Shown here: one piece after another, positions 11,917-21,983 of the stretch
How positions within the stretch are numbered: position 1 is the stretch's first letter
How the letters are laid out: each line of letters starts with the position of its first letter
Assembly: GCA_963805855.1 (NCBI GenBank)
Contig: CAWDVW010000005.1
Coordinates: forward strand, 960,001-1,024,000
DNA length: 64,000 nt
DNA from: Candidatus Dadabacteria bacterium
GTDB taxonomy: Bacteria; Desulfobacterota_D; UBA1144; Nemesobacterales; CSP1-2
Reading direction: 5' to 3'
Translations under genes and position numbers: made by a program
Notes under the pieces: generated by a model
Database searches by the model: none
Told to the model about the DNA's origin: nothing
What the model saw: only the letters and a program-made list of their open reading frames with translations

Positions 11917-13005
11917 TTAATTCTTAAACCTAAAATATACCATATCCCCGTCTTCAATTTGATAATCCTTCCCCTCGATCCTCAAAAGTCCCAGCTCCCT
12001 TGCTTTTGAATCTGAGCCGCATTTTGCAAAATCCCCATATGAAATTACCTCAGCTTTTATAAAACCCTTTTCAAAATCGCTATGGATCTTGCCCGCTGCC
12101 TTTGGTGCCTTAGTTCCACTCTTCACGCTCCAAGCCCTAAGCTCAACACCATTAGTGGTATAAAAAGTGACAAGTTTCAACAGCCCATAAGATGCCTTCA
12201 CAAGCCTTATCAAACCAGATTCGGACAAACCCACCTCCCGTAAATATTGCATCATTTCTTCTTCAGTCAACTCCTGTAGTTCAAGTTCCAGCTTTCCAAA
12301 AACCTTAATCATACCCGCATCTTCCCCTTCTGAAATAATCTTTAAGACCTCAGTGACGTATTCATCATCGCCGTTTTCTTCGAGATTTGCTATATAGAGA
12401 ACAGGTTTATTTGTGAGAAGGTTTAAATCAACCAGCAAATTCTCCTCAGCTTCCCCTGTGGCCACAAATTCACGGGAAGTGCTGCCCCTGGAAATATGGT
12501 CTTCCAAACGTTGAAGAAAGCTGAGCTCGGCCTGTGCCTCTCTATCTCCCGATTTAGCGATCTTGGCCACTTTTTCCTTTCTCCTTCCTACAGTTTCCAG
12601 ATCTGCAAGTATGAGCTCCAACTTTACCACCTCTATGTCTCTTCTCGGATCAACAGTCTCAAAGACATGCGAAACATCTGACTCAAAACATCTCACGACA
12701 TGCAGTAATGCATCTACTTCCCTAATATGCCCGAGAAATTTATTTCCCAAACCCTCACCTTTACTGGCTCCTTTCACAAGACCAGCTATGTCAATAAACT
12801 TTAAGGTAGCTGGGATTATCTTCTGAGGTTTAATTACATCTGCAAGCCTTCGCAATCTCTCATCAGGTACGTTAACAATTCCAACATTTGGCTCAATCGT
12901 AGTAAACGGATAGTCGGCGACCAAGGCTCTGGCATTTGTTAACGCATTAAATATGGTAGATTTCCCAGAATTTGGAAGACCCACAATTCCACAGCTTACA
13001 CTCAT
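11917..13005 (-). CDS. ychF: Redox-regulated ATPase YchF
   Basis: GIVGLPNSGKST, DIAGLV, GEGLGNKFL, AGKIHSDF. Confidence 0.97.
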   Translation of the reverse strand: MSVSCGIVGLPNSGKSTIFNALTNARALVADYPFTTIEPNVGIVNVPDERLRRLADVIKPQKIIPATLKFIDIAGLVKGASKGEGLGNKFLGHIREVDALLHVVRCFESDVSHVFETVDPRRDIEVVKLELILADLETVGRRKEKVAKIAKSGDREAQAELSFLQRLEDHISRGSTSREFVATGEAEENLLVDLNLLTNKPVLYIANLEENGDDEYVTEVLKIISEGEDAGMIKVFGKLELELQELTEEEMMQYLREVGLSESGLIRLVKASYGLLKLVTFYTTNGVELRAWSVKSGTKAPKAAGKIHSDFEKGFIKAEVISYGDFAKCGSDSKARELGLLRIEGKDYQIEDGDMVYFRFKN

Positions 13006-13089
13006 TTCTAAACGTAGTTATGAAAAATTATTTTTTTCAATGGTTTTATTACCTGTCGTTTAAAATACATTATCCCCGACACAAGATCT

Positions 13090-15135
13090 CTAAATTAATA
13101 AAGGGGCGACAACCAGCGAAACAATTGACATCAGCTTAATCAATATGTTCATGGCTGGGCCGGACGTGTCCTTGAACGGATCACCCACGGTATCACCCAC
13201 TACAGCGGCCTTGTGGGCATCAGAGCCCTTACCACCAAGGTTTCCTTCTTCAATAAATTTCTTTGCATTATCCCATGCACCCCCTGAGTTCGCCATCATC
13301 AAAGCAAGCATGACACCCGTTACCACAGCTCCCGCCAAGAAGCCCCCGAGTGCCTGCGGGCCAAGGATGAAACCGATTATGAGAGGTGCAACCACTGCTG
13401 TTATCCCGGGAATTACCATTTCCCTCAGTGCCGCGTCGGTACTGATTCGAACGCAGGTTTCGTAATCTGCCGTCGCAGTCCCCTCAAGCAGTCCGGTTAT
13501 TTCCCTGAACTGTCTTCTCACTTCTTCTACCATCTTCTGTGCGGTCCTTCCCACAGCGCCCATAGTAAGGGCTGCGAGGAGAAATGGAATAGTTCCACCG
13601 ATCAGCAACCCAGATACTACCTTACTGTTTGTAAGGTCTATAGTGCTGAGTCCAACCGCATTTGTATACGCAGCGAATAAAGCTAAAGCAGCAAGAGCCG
13701 CGGACCCTATGGCAAAACCTTTACCTATCGCCGCAGTGGTGTTACCCAATGAATCAAGCCTGTCCGTAATCTTTCTCACATCTGCGCCGAGATGCGCCAT
13801 TTCGGTTATGCCGCCAGCGTTGTCAGCGACAGGACCGTACGCGTCAACGGACATAGTGATCCCTATTGTTGCAAGCATACTCACCGCTGCGATTCCAATT
13901 CCGTATAGGCCCGCGAAAACAAAGGAAAACCCTATGGCAATTGCTATTGTAATAACGGGAAGGGTTGTACTGATCATCCCCACGGATAATCCTTCTATGA
14001 TGTTTGTTGCAACACCGGTTTGAGATGCCTCTGCGATCTTCCTTATGGGTGAACCGGATGTGTAATATTCAGTAAGAAGACCTATCACCACCCCTGAGAC
14101 GAGCCCGAGAACGGCAGCGCCAAAGATTCCCATAACAAATTTAAAGGGAATTGCATCCACAAGACCAACAATTATAAGAATAATAAGCGATATAGCCAGA
14201 TAGATTGCGCCGGTATAGAAGGTTGCACGCCTTAATATCAGTTGAGGATCGAGATCTTTAAACCATTCGACAGTCTTAGAACCAAGTACCGAGGACATAC
14301 TCCCCAATGTAATCAGTACCAGTGGGATCGACATAAGAGAGATCTGGTTTTCCGGCATGCTAGCAGCAATGACTATAGTTGCTACGACAGCACCCACGTA
14401 CGATTCGAAAAGGTCAGCACCCATTCCTGCGACATCACCAACATTGTCTCCAACATTGTCGGCTATCGTCGCCGGGTTTCTAGGATCATCCTCAGGTATC
14501 CCCGCCTCAACCTTACCTACCAGATCCGCTCCAACATCCGCTCCTTTAGTAAAAATCCCCCCTCCTATTCTCGCAAAGAGTGCGACGGAGCTTGCCCCCA
14601 TCGCGAATCCGCCAATGATTCCAGCGAACTTCTGAACAAAACTCGTAAGCGCCAATGTATCGGTAGGGTTATCAGGGATCCCTACACCAAGGGCAAAGGC
14701 AATAGAAAGCCCAAGAAGACCGAGCCCCGCCACAGAAAGTCCCATCACATTTCCACCCTTAAACGCAACAATTAGTGCCTTCGCCTGACCTTCGGTCGCT
14801 GCGGCCTGAGCGGTCCGCACATTTGCCTTAGTAGCAGATTTCATTCCGCAAAAACCAGCCACTAAAGAGCATATCGCCCCGCCAAGATATGCGATACCCG
14901 CCCTGAAATCTATAAATATCGAAACAAGAATAAATACAACTATCACAAAAATTGCAATTATCCTGTATTCTCTCCTTAAAAAAACCATGGCTCCTTGATG
15001 AATAGCCGAACAGATTTCCCTCATCTTTTCAGTGCCATCAGGAAGTGACTTTATGTCTCTGTACACCGTGAAGGCGTATCCTAAGACCAGTATGCCAAAA
15101 ACGGAACCGAAAAGGGCTGCTATAACCTCACCCAT
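13090..15135 (-). CDS. hppA: Membrane-bound K+-dependent, likely Na+-translocating pyrophosphatase
   Basis: [30 protein letters not shown] (Ala = K+-dependent), [16 protein letters not shown]. Confidence 0.93.
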   Translation of the reverse strand: MGEVIAALFGSVFGILVLGYAFTVYRDIKSLPDGTEKMREICSAIHQGAMVFLRREYRIIAIFVIVVFILVSIFIDFRAGIAYLGGAICSLVAGFCGMKSATKANVRTAQAAATEGQAKALIVAFKGGNVMGLSVAGLGLLGLSIAFALGVGIPDNPTDTLALTSFVQKFAGIIGGFAMGASSVALFARIGGGIFTKGADVGADLVGKVEAGIPEDDPRNPATIADNVGDNVGDVAGMGADLFESYVGAVVATIVIAASMPENQISLMSIPLVLITLGSMSSVLGSKTVEWFKDLDPQLILRRATFYTGAIYLAISLIILIIVGLVDAIPFKFVMGIFGAAVLGLVSGVVIGLLTEYYTSGSPIRKIAEASQTGVATNIIEGLSVGMISTTLPVITIAIAIGFSFVFAGLYGIGIAAVSMLATIGITMSVDAYGPVADNAGGITEMAHLGADVRKITDRLDSLGNTTAAIGKGFAIGSAALAALALFAAYTNAVGLSTIDLTNSKVVSGLLIGGTIPFLLAALTMGAVGRTAQKMVEEVRRQFREITGLLEGTATADYETCVRISTDAALREMVIPGITAVVAPLIIGFILGPQALGGFLAGAVVTGVMLALMMANSGGAWDNAKKFIEEGNLGGKGSDAHKAAVVGDTVGDPFKDTSGPAMNILIKLMSIVSLVVAPLLI

Positions 15136-15185
15136 TTGTTTAAACCTCCTTTCAGATTATTAGTGTTGAAGCCTCTGTTCCAAAA

Positions 15186-15758
15186 TCAGATTTCCCATTT
15201 TCTGTTAAACTTGCTCATTGCTTTTTCCAAACCATTAAGTATCGTTTCCATCACAGCTTCTGCAGCTTTTTCAACCATAACCTTTATTATCTTTATTTCA
15301 CCTTTTTCAAACTCCGACAACACATGGTTGACCACCTCGGGCTTCTGCGTTGGCCTACCCACCCCGATTCGAATCCTTATGAAATCAGACCCGCCCAGGT
15401 GCCCTACGACAGAATCAATTCCTTTATGACCGGCGCTCCCACCACCAAACTTTACTTGCATCGCCCCTGTCGGAAGATCAATCTCATCATGAACCACTAA
15501 AACGTCACTCGTAGAAATTTTATAAAAATTCACTGCCGCATATACTGCCCTACCGCTTGCGTTCATAAACGTCTGGGGCTTTAGAAGGATGATCTTTTTC
15601 TGATCAATTATTGATTCGCAATAAAGACTATTGAATCCCCTTTTCTTTACATCAATCTCGTGCCTCTTTGCAATCTCATCAATCACCATAAATCCGACGT
15701 TATGTCTTGACAAAGAGTACTTTTTACCCGGATTACCTAGACCAACAATCAAAAACAT
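15186..15758 (-). CDS. pth: Peptidyl-tRNA hydrolase
   Basis: GLGNPG, RHNVGF, KPQTFMN, GGSAGH.G. Confidence 0.97.
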   Translation of the reverse strand: MFLIVGLGNPGKKYSLSRHNVGFMVIDEIAKRHEIDVKKRGFNSLYCESIIDQKKIILLKPQTFMNASGRAVYAAVNFYKISTSDVLVVHDEIDLPTGAMQVKFGGGSAGHKGIDSVVGHLGGSDFIRIRIGVGRPTQKPEVVNHVLSEFEKGEIKIIKVMVEKAAEAVMETILNGLEKAMSKFNRKWEI

Positions 15759-15766
15759 CCTTAAAG

Positions 15767-16441
15767 CTATTCCTTCTCGTCTCCCTCATCCACAGTTTTC
15801 TCGGCTGCCTCCACCTCCTCTGCAGCCTCCTCACCCTCGGCTACGACTTCTGCCACAGCCACTTCTTCTTCAACCCTAGGAGCAAGAACCGTTACAACCG
15901 TATCATCAGGTTCGTGAAGTACAGTAAGGTCTTCTGATAGCTGTAAATCTCTTATATGTATAGAGTCCCCTAGGCCCAACTCGGATACATCGACCTCAAA
16001 AAAGTTTGGTATATCCTTAGGAAAGCATTCAATCTCGATTTCTCTAAGTATCTCTTCAAGAATCCCATGTTCATTTTTAACACCCGTAGCTAATCCAAGG
16101 AACTTCACCGGAACCTTAACATTTAATTTCTCTTTCATCTGGACTTCTTGAAAGTCGAGGTGAATTGGTTTATTCGTTAAGAAATCAAACTGGATATCCC
16201 TTAGCAATGCCAATTTCGAAATTTCGTCTCCGTCACCATGAATTTTAATCTCGAGCAATGTGTTCTCACCCGCCTCGGTCGATAGAGCTTCTTTAAGATC
16301 ATTGGGATTTACAATTAGTGGAATCGGTTCAGTCTCTCTCCCATAAAGTATAGATGGGATATTCCCCTCCCTCCTCACCTGCCTCGCTCCTCCTTTCCCC
16401 ACCCTGTATCTCTGCTTTACTATCAACGTGTTTTGAGCCAT
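15767..16441 (-). CDS. rplY: 50S ribosomal protein L25/Ctc
   Basis: IP.ILYG, HLDF, acidic tail; between prs and pth. Confidence 0.95.
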   Translation of the reverse strand: MAQNTLIVKQRYRVGKGGARQVRREGNIPSILYGRETEPIPLIVNPNDLKEALSTEAGENTLLEIKIHGDGDEISKLALLRDIQFDFLTNKPIHLDFQEVQMKEKLNVKVPVKFLGLATGVKNEHGILEEILREIEIECFPKDIPNFFEVDVSELGLGDSIHIRDLQLSEDLTVLHEPDDTVVTVLAPRVEEEVAVAEVVAEGEEAAEEVEAAEKTVDEGDEKE

Positions 16442-16463
16442 ATTAATCTCCCTATTACAAAAT

Positions 16464-17405
16464 CTAAGTAAACAAAGTACTTATCGATTCTCCCGTCGTT
16501 ATTCTTTTTATAGCCTCCCCTATTAGGCTAGAAATAGTCAAGACCTTTATTTTTTTTGACCTTTTGACTTCCTCGCTGGGCTCAATAGTATCCGTTATTA
16601 CCGCCTCGACTAAATCTGATTCTTCGATCTTCTCCACCGCTCTTCCAGATAGTACACCATGAGTGCAACATAAAGAAACCTGCTTCGCACCTTCCCTAAC
16701 AAGCACCTGCGCGGCCTGTACGGCGGTTCCCGCCGTGTCGACAAGGTCATCAACTATTATTGCGCATTTCCCCTTAACATCTCCAATTAGGTATGTGATT
16801 TTAGCCACATTTGGGCCGGTACGTCTCTTATCGGTCATAGCAAGCCCAGCATCTAGTCTATTTGCATATGCCCTTGCCCTTTCCATTCCGCCCGCATCAG
16901 GAGACACAATCACTAACTTATCATTATTAAATTTCTTCCGAAAATAGTTAATAAATACGGGAGCGGCATATAGATGATCTACCGGGACATCAAAAAATCC
17001 CTGAATCTGGCCCGCATGCAGATCGACTGTGACAACCCTGTTAACCCCGGCTTTTACAATCAGATCGGCAATAAGTTTTGCTGAGATAGGAGCCCTGGGC
17101 TGAACCTTTCGATCCTGTCTCGCATATCCATAATATGGAACGACAGCTGTAATTGCCCTAGCCGAAGCCCTCTTCAACGCATCGGTAATAATGAGGAGCT
17201 CCATAATATGCTCGTTTACCGGGGGACAAGTAGACTGAATTATAAAGACATGCGCACCACGTACACTCTCGGAGATCTCTACAATTACCTCTCCATCACT
17301 AAACCTGCGTATCTCGGCTTTCCCAAAGGGGACGTCCATATATCTACAAACCGCTTCTACGAGAGGAACATTCGATGTACCACTAAATATTTTTGTTGGC
17401 CCCAT
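16464..17405 (-). CDS. prs: Ribose-phosphate pyrophosphokinase
   Basis: FSDGE, YARQDRK, DLHA.QIQGFF, SPDAGG, DDLVDTAGT. Confidence 0.97.
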   Translation of the reverse strand: MGPTKIFSGTSNVPLVEAVCRYMDVPFGKAEIRRFSDGEVIVEISESVRGAHVFIIQSTCPPVNEHIMELLIITDALKRASARAITAVVPYYGYARQDRKVQPRAPISAKLIADLIVKAGVNRVVTVDLHAGQIQGFFDVPVDHLYAAPVFINYFRKKFNNDKLVIVSPDAGGMERARAYANRLDAGLAMTDKRRTGPNVAKITYLIGDVKGKCAIIVDDLVDTAGTAVQAAQVLVREGAKQVSLCCTHGVLSGRAVEKIEESDLVEAVITDTIEPSEEVKRSKKIKVLTISSLIGEAIKRITTGESISTLFT

Positions 17406-17513
17406 TTGATATCTCTGAGACTACTAAACACCTTCACCCTTTATGTTTGAAGCGGAAAATTATAAAATAAATGGTGAATAATTCAAGTCTTTAAAGTGTA
17501 TTCACGGCCCGAG

Positions 17514-17957
17514 ATGACTAATTCAAATGTTTTGCCGACAAAAAGGGAGGTTACATTCATTCAAACACAAAAGATTGCAAGAATGGCGACCGTCGATAAA
17601 TCTGGCAAGCCTCTCGTTCTTCCGATCTGTTACGCATACGACGGTAATTACATATACACACCAATAGATAAAAAACCTAAACGTGTTGCACCAATGGAAC
17701 TAAATAGAATCAAAAATATCGTAAACAACCCGAACGTTTCCGTTGTAATTGACAGATATTATGAGGATTGGACTAGGATTGCATATATCATAATACATGG
17801 CACTGCCGTGGTAATCGACAGAGGAAAGGAATACCGAGAATCGCTAAGAATCCTTAGCGAAAGGTATCGTCAGTACAAACATATGAAACTTTCTCAATTA
17901 GGCCTGCCAGTAATCAAGATCATTCCAAATCGTTTCATATCTTGGGGTAAAATATAG
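17514..17957 (+). CDS. PPOX-class probable F420-dependent oxidoreductase, Rv0121-like
   Basis: ARMATVD, P..LPICY, YTPIDKKPK, RIKNI..NP.VS..ID.Y.EDW, final SWG. Confidence 0.8.
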   Translation: MTNSNVLPTKREVTFIQTQKIARMATVDKSGKPLVLPICYAYDGNYIYTPIDKKPKRVAPMELNRIKNIVNNPNVSVVIDRYYEDWTRIAYIIIHGTAVVIDRGKEYRESLRILSERYRQYKHMKLSQLGLPVIKIIPNRFISWGKI

Positions 17958-17997
17958 AAACATCAGATGATAAAATCCCCGTTTGAGTTTAAGACAG

Positions 17998-19179
17998 ATG
18001 ATTAAGGCCGGTGTCGGAATATCAGGCACTCTTAACGCCAGCGAAGCAGCAGGCGAAGCGTCTTTCCAAGCCATGAAAAGCGGCGATCTAAAGAGGGCTG
18101 ATTGGGCTCTTGTCTTTTGTACGTTTCCCCACAGAGAAAAATATAAGGATATATTAAGAACCGTTTGCGACATAACCCATACCACAAACTTAATTGGATG
18201 CAGTGGCTTGGGGGTGCTTACAAACTCAGCTGAGATTGAGGCGGAGCCAGGCGTCTGCGTTTTAGCCGTTTCTTCCAATTCAATAAAGACCTCTTCATTC
18301 ATGTGTGGGGATCCCACCGATGAAGGACTTAAAGCCGGAGTTGAAATCGGTAAAAGACTTAAGCCGATCGGATATGAGAAAACACTACTTGCCCTCCTTC
18401 CCGACCCATTCAATTTTCGCCCTGAACTTTTATTCCGAGGAATCGAATCAGTATTGGGGTATATACCGATCGTGGGGGCGACAGCCTCTGAGAATCCCTA
18501 CATCAATGAAACCGCTGTATTCAATGGGGACAATGTCTCACGAAGGTCGGTTTCCGGAATTATTATGAAGGGCGAGTTTGACTATAGTATTGGTATAACA
18601 CAGGGTTGTCAGCCCATAGGTAATCCTTTCGTTATTACAAGGTGTGAAAGCAATATTATCATGGAGCTAGATAATAAGCCCGCATACGAGGTTTTGAAAA
18701 GGCACGTCCCACAAACAATACTCGAAAAACCCCATGATCTGATACGGACTTTATTTGTAGGATTCAGCCCCGATCCGGGCGCGAGGAAAATAGTTGGAGG
18801 CGATTATCTAATTAGAAATATCATGGGAATCAATCCCGAAAGGGGGATCATTGCCGTCGCTGAGAATGTTAGGGATGGGCAGACAATCATATTTGCCATC
18901 AGGAATCCTCAAATGGCGCGCGAAGACCTGAAACAGATGCTAGAACGTATAAAATCCTCCTCCGACTCCGAGAAACCCTTCAAGTTTGGCTTATTTTTCA
19001 ACTGTTGCGCAAGGGGCTCATCACTTTACGGGCAGAAGGGCATCGACACGGCATACATAAGTCACTACCTCGAGGGTGTACCAATAATCGGCTTTTTCGG
19101 AAACTCCGAATTCGCAAGTCTGCAGGGTAAGAACCACCTATTCACATATACAGGCGTATTAGTATTGATTTCAGAATAA
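17998..19179 (+). CDS. FIST-domain sensory protein
   Basis: LIGCSG.G, TQGCQPIG, ELDNKPA, FNCCARG, GFFGNSE. Confidence 0.88.
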   Translation: MIKAGVGISGTLNASEAAGEASFQAMKSGDLKRADWALVFCTFPHREKYKDILRTVCDITHTTNLIGCSGLGVLTNSAEIEAEPGVCVLAVSSNSIKTSSFMCGDPTDEGLKAGVEIGKRLKPIGYEKTLLALLPDPFNFRPELLFRGIESVLGYIPIVGATASENPYINETAVFNGDNVSRRSVSGIIMKGEFDYSIGITQGCQPIGNPFVITRCESNIIMELDNKPAYEVLKRHVPQTILEKPHDLIRTLFVGFSPDPGARKIVGGDYLIRNIMGINPERGIIAVAENVRDGQTIIFAIRNPQMAREDLKQMLERIKSSSDSEKPFKFGLFFNCCARGSSLYGQKGIDTAYISHYLEGVPIIGFFGNSEFASLQGKNHLFTYTGVLVLISE

Positions 19180-19398
19180 TCCTCTAAGAATTGTTTCTCC
19201 CATCGCAATAATCGGGGAATTCTCGAAATCGTCATTTCGAGCCAGGATTGAAACATTCCTTGTCAGGCACATTCCTCCCATAAGGTTAAGCGCCGAATTG
19301 GCTATTTCGTCGTGTCATTTCTTTAAAGTGCCGACTTGCATAAGAAGATACATTTTTATATTATAGGTAAGTAATGATTACGTGAGAAGGAGGAAACC

Positions 19399-19884
19399 AT
19401 GTGTAAAAAATATTTTTCAAAAAGCTCATCAATCTTGTTCTTTTTGCTCATTTCACTGTCAATAAACCTGCCATCCGGCATTTCTCAAGAAACAGAGCAG
19501 AAGGCTTCAGACGAAGCCGGAAAGACATTGTATCAACGTCTTGGTGGATACGACGCCGTCGCAGCCGTAGTCGGACAGTTATTTGCCCGCATGATTCCAA
19601 ATCAACAGTTAAGTAAATACTTTATAGGCTTGAGTGACGATTCAAAAAAGCGAGTTCAGCAACTAACCGTCGATTTCGTATGCAGCGCAACCGGAGGACC
19701 CTGCATCTATACCGGTAGAGATATGAAGACTTCTCATGAGGGGTTGGGGATTACAGACAGTGACTGGGACGTGTCCGTAAATATTCTGGTTGGAATATTG
19801 GATGAGTTTAAAGTGCCAGAACAGGAGAAGAACGAGCTCCTCGGTATCCTATCGGGTCTAAAGCCCTCAATAATCGAAAACTAG
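19399..19884 (+). CDS. Group I truncated haemoglobin with signal peptide
   Basis: LYQRLGG, GGPC.YTGRDM..SH; hydrophobic N-terminal leader. Confidence 0.85.
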   Translation: MCKKYFSKSSSILFFLLISLSINLPSGISQETEQKASDEAGKTLYQRLGGYDAVAAVVGQLFARMIPNQQLSKYFIGLSDDSKKRVQQLTVDFVCSATGGPCIYTGRDMKTSHEGLGITDSDWDVSVNILVGILDEFKVPEQEKNELLGILSGLKPSIIEN

Positions 19885-20018
19885 GTCTCGAGGTGTTTAG
19901 AGAAATCTCTTTAGTTTAAAACCGGTTGAGATCTAATAGCCATGAGAGGTTAAAAACGACCCGAATTTCCTCAATCGGACATTTACTTATAGTTATCTAA
20001 CCCGCGCAGAAAAGAGCG

Positions 20019-21170
20019 TTAGGTATCGGAGCCCTTTCCCGTTAACCTACCGAGGTCCTGCAGGATTGACTCCAATTTATCAACATCAATCTCATACTTT
20101 TCTGAGATTTTCCTAAGCTCGCTATTCGGAAGTTCGTATTGAGTGGTTGATGAATTACCTTTTGAGACCTCCGGGTTCCAGGCTTCATTTCTCACTTCGA
20201 GCCTCACCGCATCCCAGCGAGAGTAATGACCCAGAGAGTCAAAAACGGCCTTGACTGCTTTAATCTGATTTGCATAACAATCTGTATATAAAATCGCATC
20301 CTTTTCGAAGCATGGCTCTACTAGATACCTTCCCGCCGGATTTACTATCGCGCTACCACCCTGAGCCCAGCTATAATTGATATGACCGCCATCCCTTATA
20401 TAATGCCACCTCTCTGGAAAATCCTCCGAAGTAAGAAAGCCACACGCACTAAGGACAAATGCACCTGCCTCAAAAGCATGCACTCTTATCAATGACTGAA
20501 GATTACACAAAGCGCCACCTGGACTAGTATCCGCATCAAGTAGCCTGTCTTCACCCCTTTTCCAATTTCCGGGCCAAACGGCTATATGAAAGTCCTCTCC
20601 TCTATGGATCATTGCAGCCCTAACGAGAGGCATATGATTTTCCCAGCAGATAAGCCCTCCGATCCTACCTATTTCAGTATCAAATACCCTTATATCGTCT
20701 GGCCCACCCTGGCCCCAGTACAATCTCTCGGTATATGTGGGCATAAGCTTCCTGTGTCTTCCGATAACATTCCCATTATTTCCAATAAAAAGTAGAGAGT
20801 TGAAAACAGTACAGCTACCCTGACGATCGTCGAGTTCATTGCATCCGATTACCACATAGGCTCCAGCCTCCCTAGCAGCATGTCCTAGAATTTCAGTATC
20901 TTCACCAGGAATTACTATTGAATTTTCCTGAAGCGCAAGCATATAATCTGTCCACTCATGTGGAGGGGTTTCATAACCAACTGTGTAATAAGCAGGATAA
21001 CCCGGGATAAAGGCCTCTGAAAACGCGATGAGCTCTGCTCCATTTCTTCCGGCTTCCTTAATCAATTTAGATGCCTTTTCTATCGTCTTCTGCTTATCCA
21101 TAAATACCGGAGAGGCTTGAACCACAGCGACTTTAACCTTTTCTCTTCCGCCCAGAATCTTTTTCTCCAT
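20019..21170 (-). CDS. Nitrilase (carbon-nitrogen hydrolase)
   Basis: Triad FSEAF, HRKL.PT..ER, ICWEN; FDSLGHYSR. Confidence 0.88.
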   Translation of the reverse strand: MEKKILGGREKVKVAVVQASPVFMDKQKTIEKASKLIKEAGRNGAELIAFSEAFIPGYPAYYTVGYETPPHEWTDYMLALQENSIVIPGEDTEILGHAAREAGAYVVIGCNELDDRQGSCTVFNSLLFIGNNGNVIGRHRKLMPTYTERLYWGQGGPDDIRVFDTEIGRIGGLICWENHMPLVRAAMIHRGEDFHIAVWPGNWKRGEDRLLDADTSPGGALCNLQSLIRVHAFEAGAFVLSACGFLTSEDFPERWHYIRDGGHINYSWAQGGSAIVNPAGRYLVEPCFEKDAILYTDCYANQIKAVKAVFDSLGHYSRWDAVRLEVRNEAWNPEVSKGNSSTTQYELPNSELRKISEKYEIDVDKLESILQDLGRLTGKGSDT

Positions 21171-21272
21171 TTCTACTCCTCAATTCAAAAGCATATTCTC
21201 TTCATTTTTTAAATTATCAAAATTCCCAATGACCCTCTTTCCACGATCGATTCTGATAAACCCCTACGTACT

Positions 21273-21659
21273 TCACGTTAATATTATATTCTTATCCTGC
21301 GGCGTTTGCTGCGGAGTACCAGACTTTTCCAGTTTCGCCATAATAAGTGAAAAAAGCCTGTTTTTAAACTCCTCGTCATAGGCACAGATTGACGGAATTA
21401 TAAATCCCAAAAGCGCTATCTGCAGAAGGTATTCGGTATTCGCCAGGATATATTCCTCTTGAAATTGTCCGCCATGAGTTCTACGAAGGTTATTATATAT
21501 CGCGTCCCCAAGCTCACCAACAATTTCTCCAACGCTTTTGTTGCCCCCTTTCTGTCGTGCTGAGACACCCAGATTAAATGCCACGGTTACCGTGCCTAAC
21601 AAATCACCCGGTTCTGGCTGACCCTGTGGCGGGCCTTGCGGTTGACCTTGTTCTTCCAT
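21273..21659 (-). CDS. Hypothetical protein
   Basis: 128-aa ORF with GGAGG RBS; Q/P-rich termini. Confidence 0.7.
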   Translation of the reverse strand: MEEQGQPQGPPQGQPEPGDLLGTVTVAFNLGVSARQKGGNKSVGEIVGELGDAIYNNLRRTHGGQFQEEYILANTEYLLQIALLGFIIPSICAYDEEFKNRLFSLIMAKLEKSGTPQQTPQDKNIILT

Positions 21660-21828
21660 GTCTTAAAACCTCCGATGAATAAGATAGATATTAAAACATA
21701 TTAAAATTTATCGTCTACGTATTCAAGTCTCAGAATTATACAAAGAAACAATCCTTCGATCCTTCGATTGACTCAGACAGGTGCTCAGATCAATTTCAGG
21801 GGTCAGACAGGAAATGGCGAGCTGTGTC

Positions 21829-21856
21829 GTAGAGACGCAAAATTTTGCGTCTCTAC
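21829..21856. repeat. GTAG-type REP palindrome (copy 1)
   Basis: gtagagacgcaaaattttgcgtctctac, perfect 28-bp palindrome, identical at 41225-41252. Confidence 0.85.
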
Positions 21857-21983
21857 AAATAATACCTTTATCCCAATCCTAAAGATGGCGAAATTAGAAT
21901 GGGCCTCAAATTATTGAGTTTGAGCAATTGATTTAAAAAGCTATTAATGTATAAGTATTAATATAAATTCAGAGGAGGGAAAA

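Noticed and set aside
19345-19366. Possible NsrR box before the globin (aagatacattt)
   Set aside because: Only one half-site resembles the consensus.
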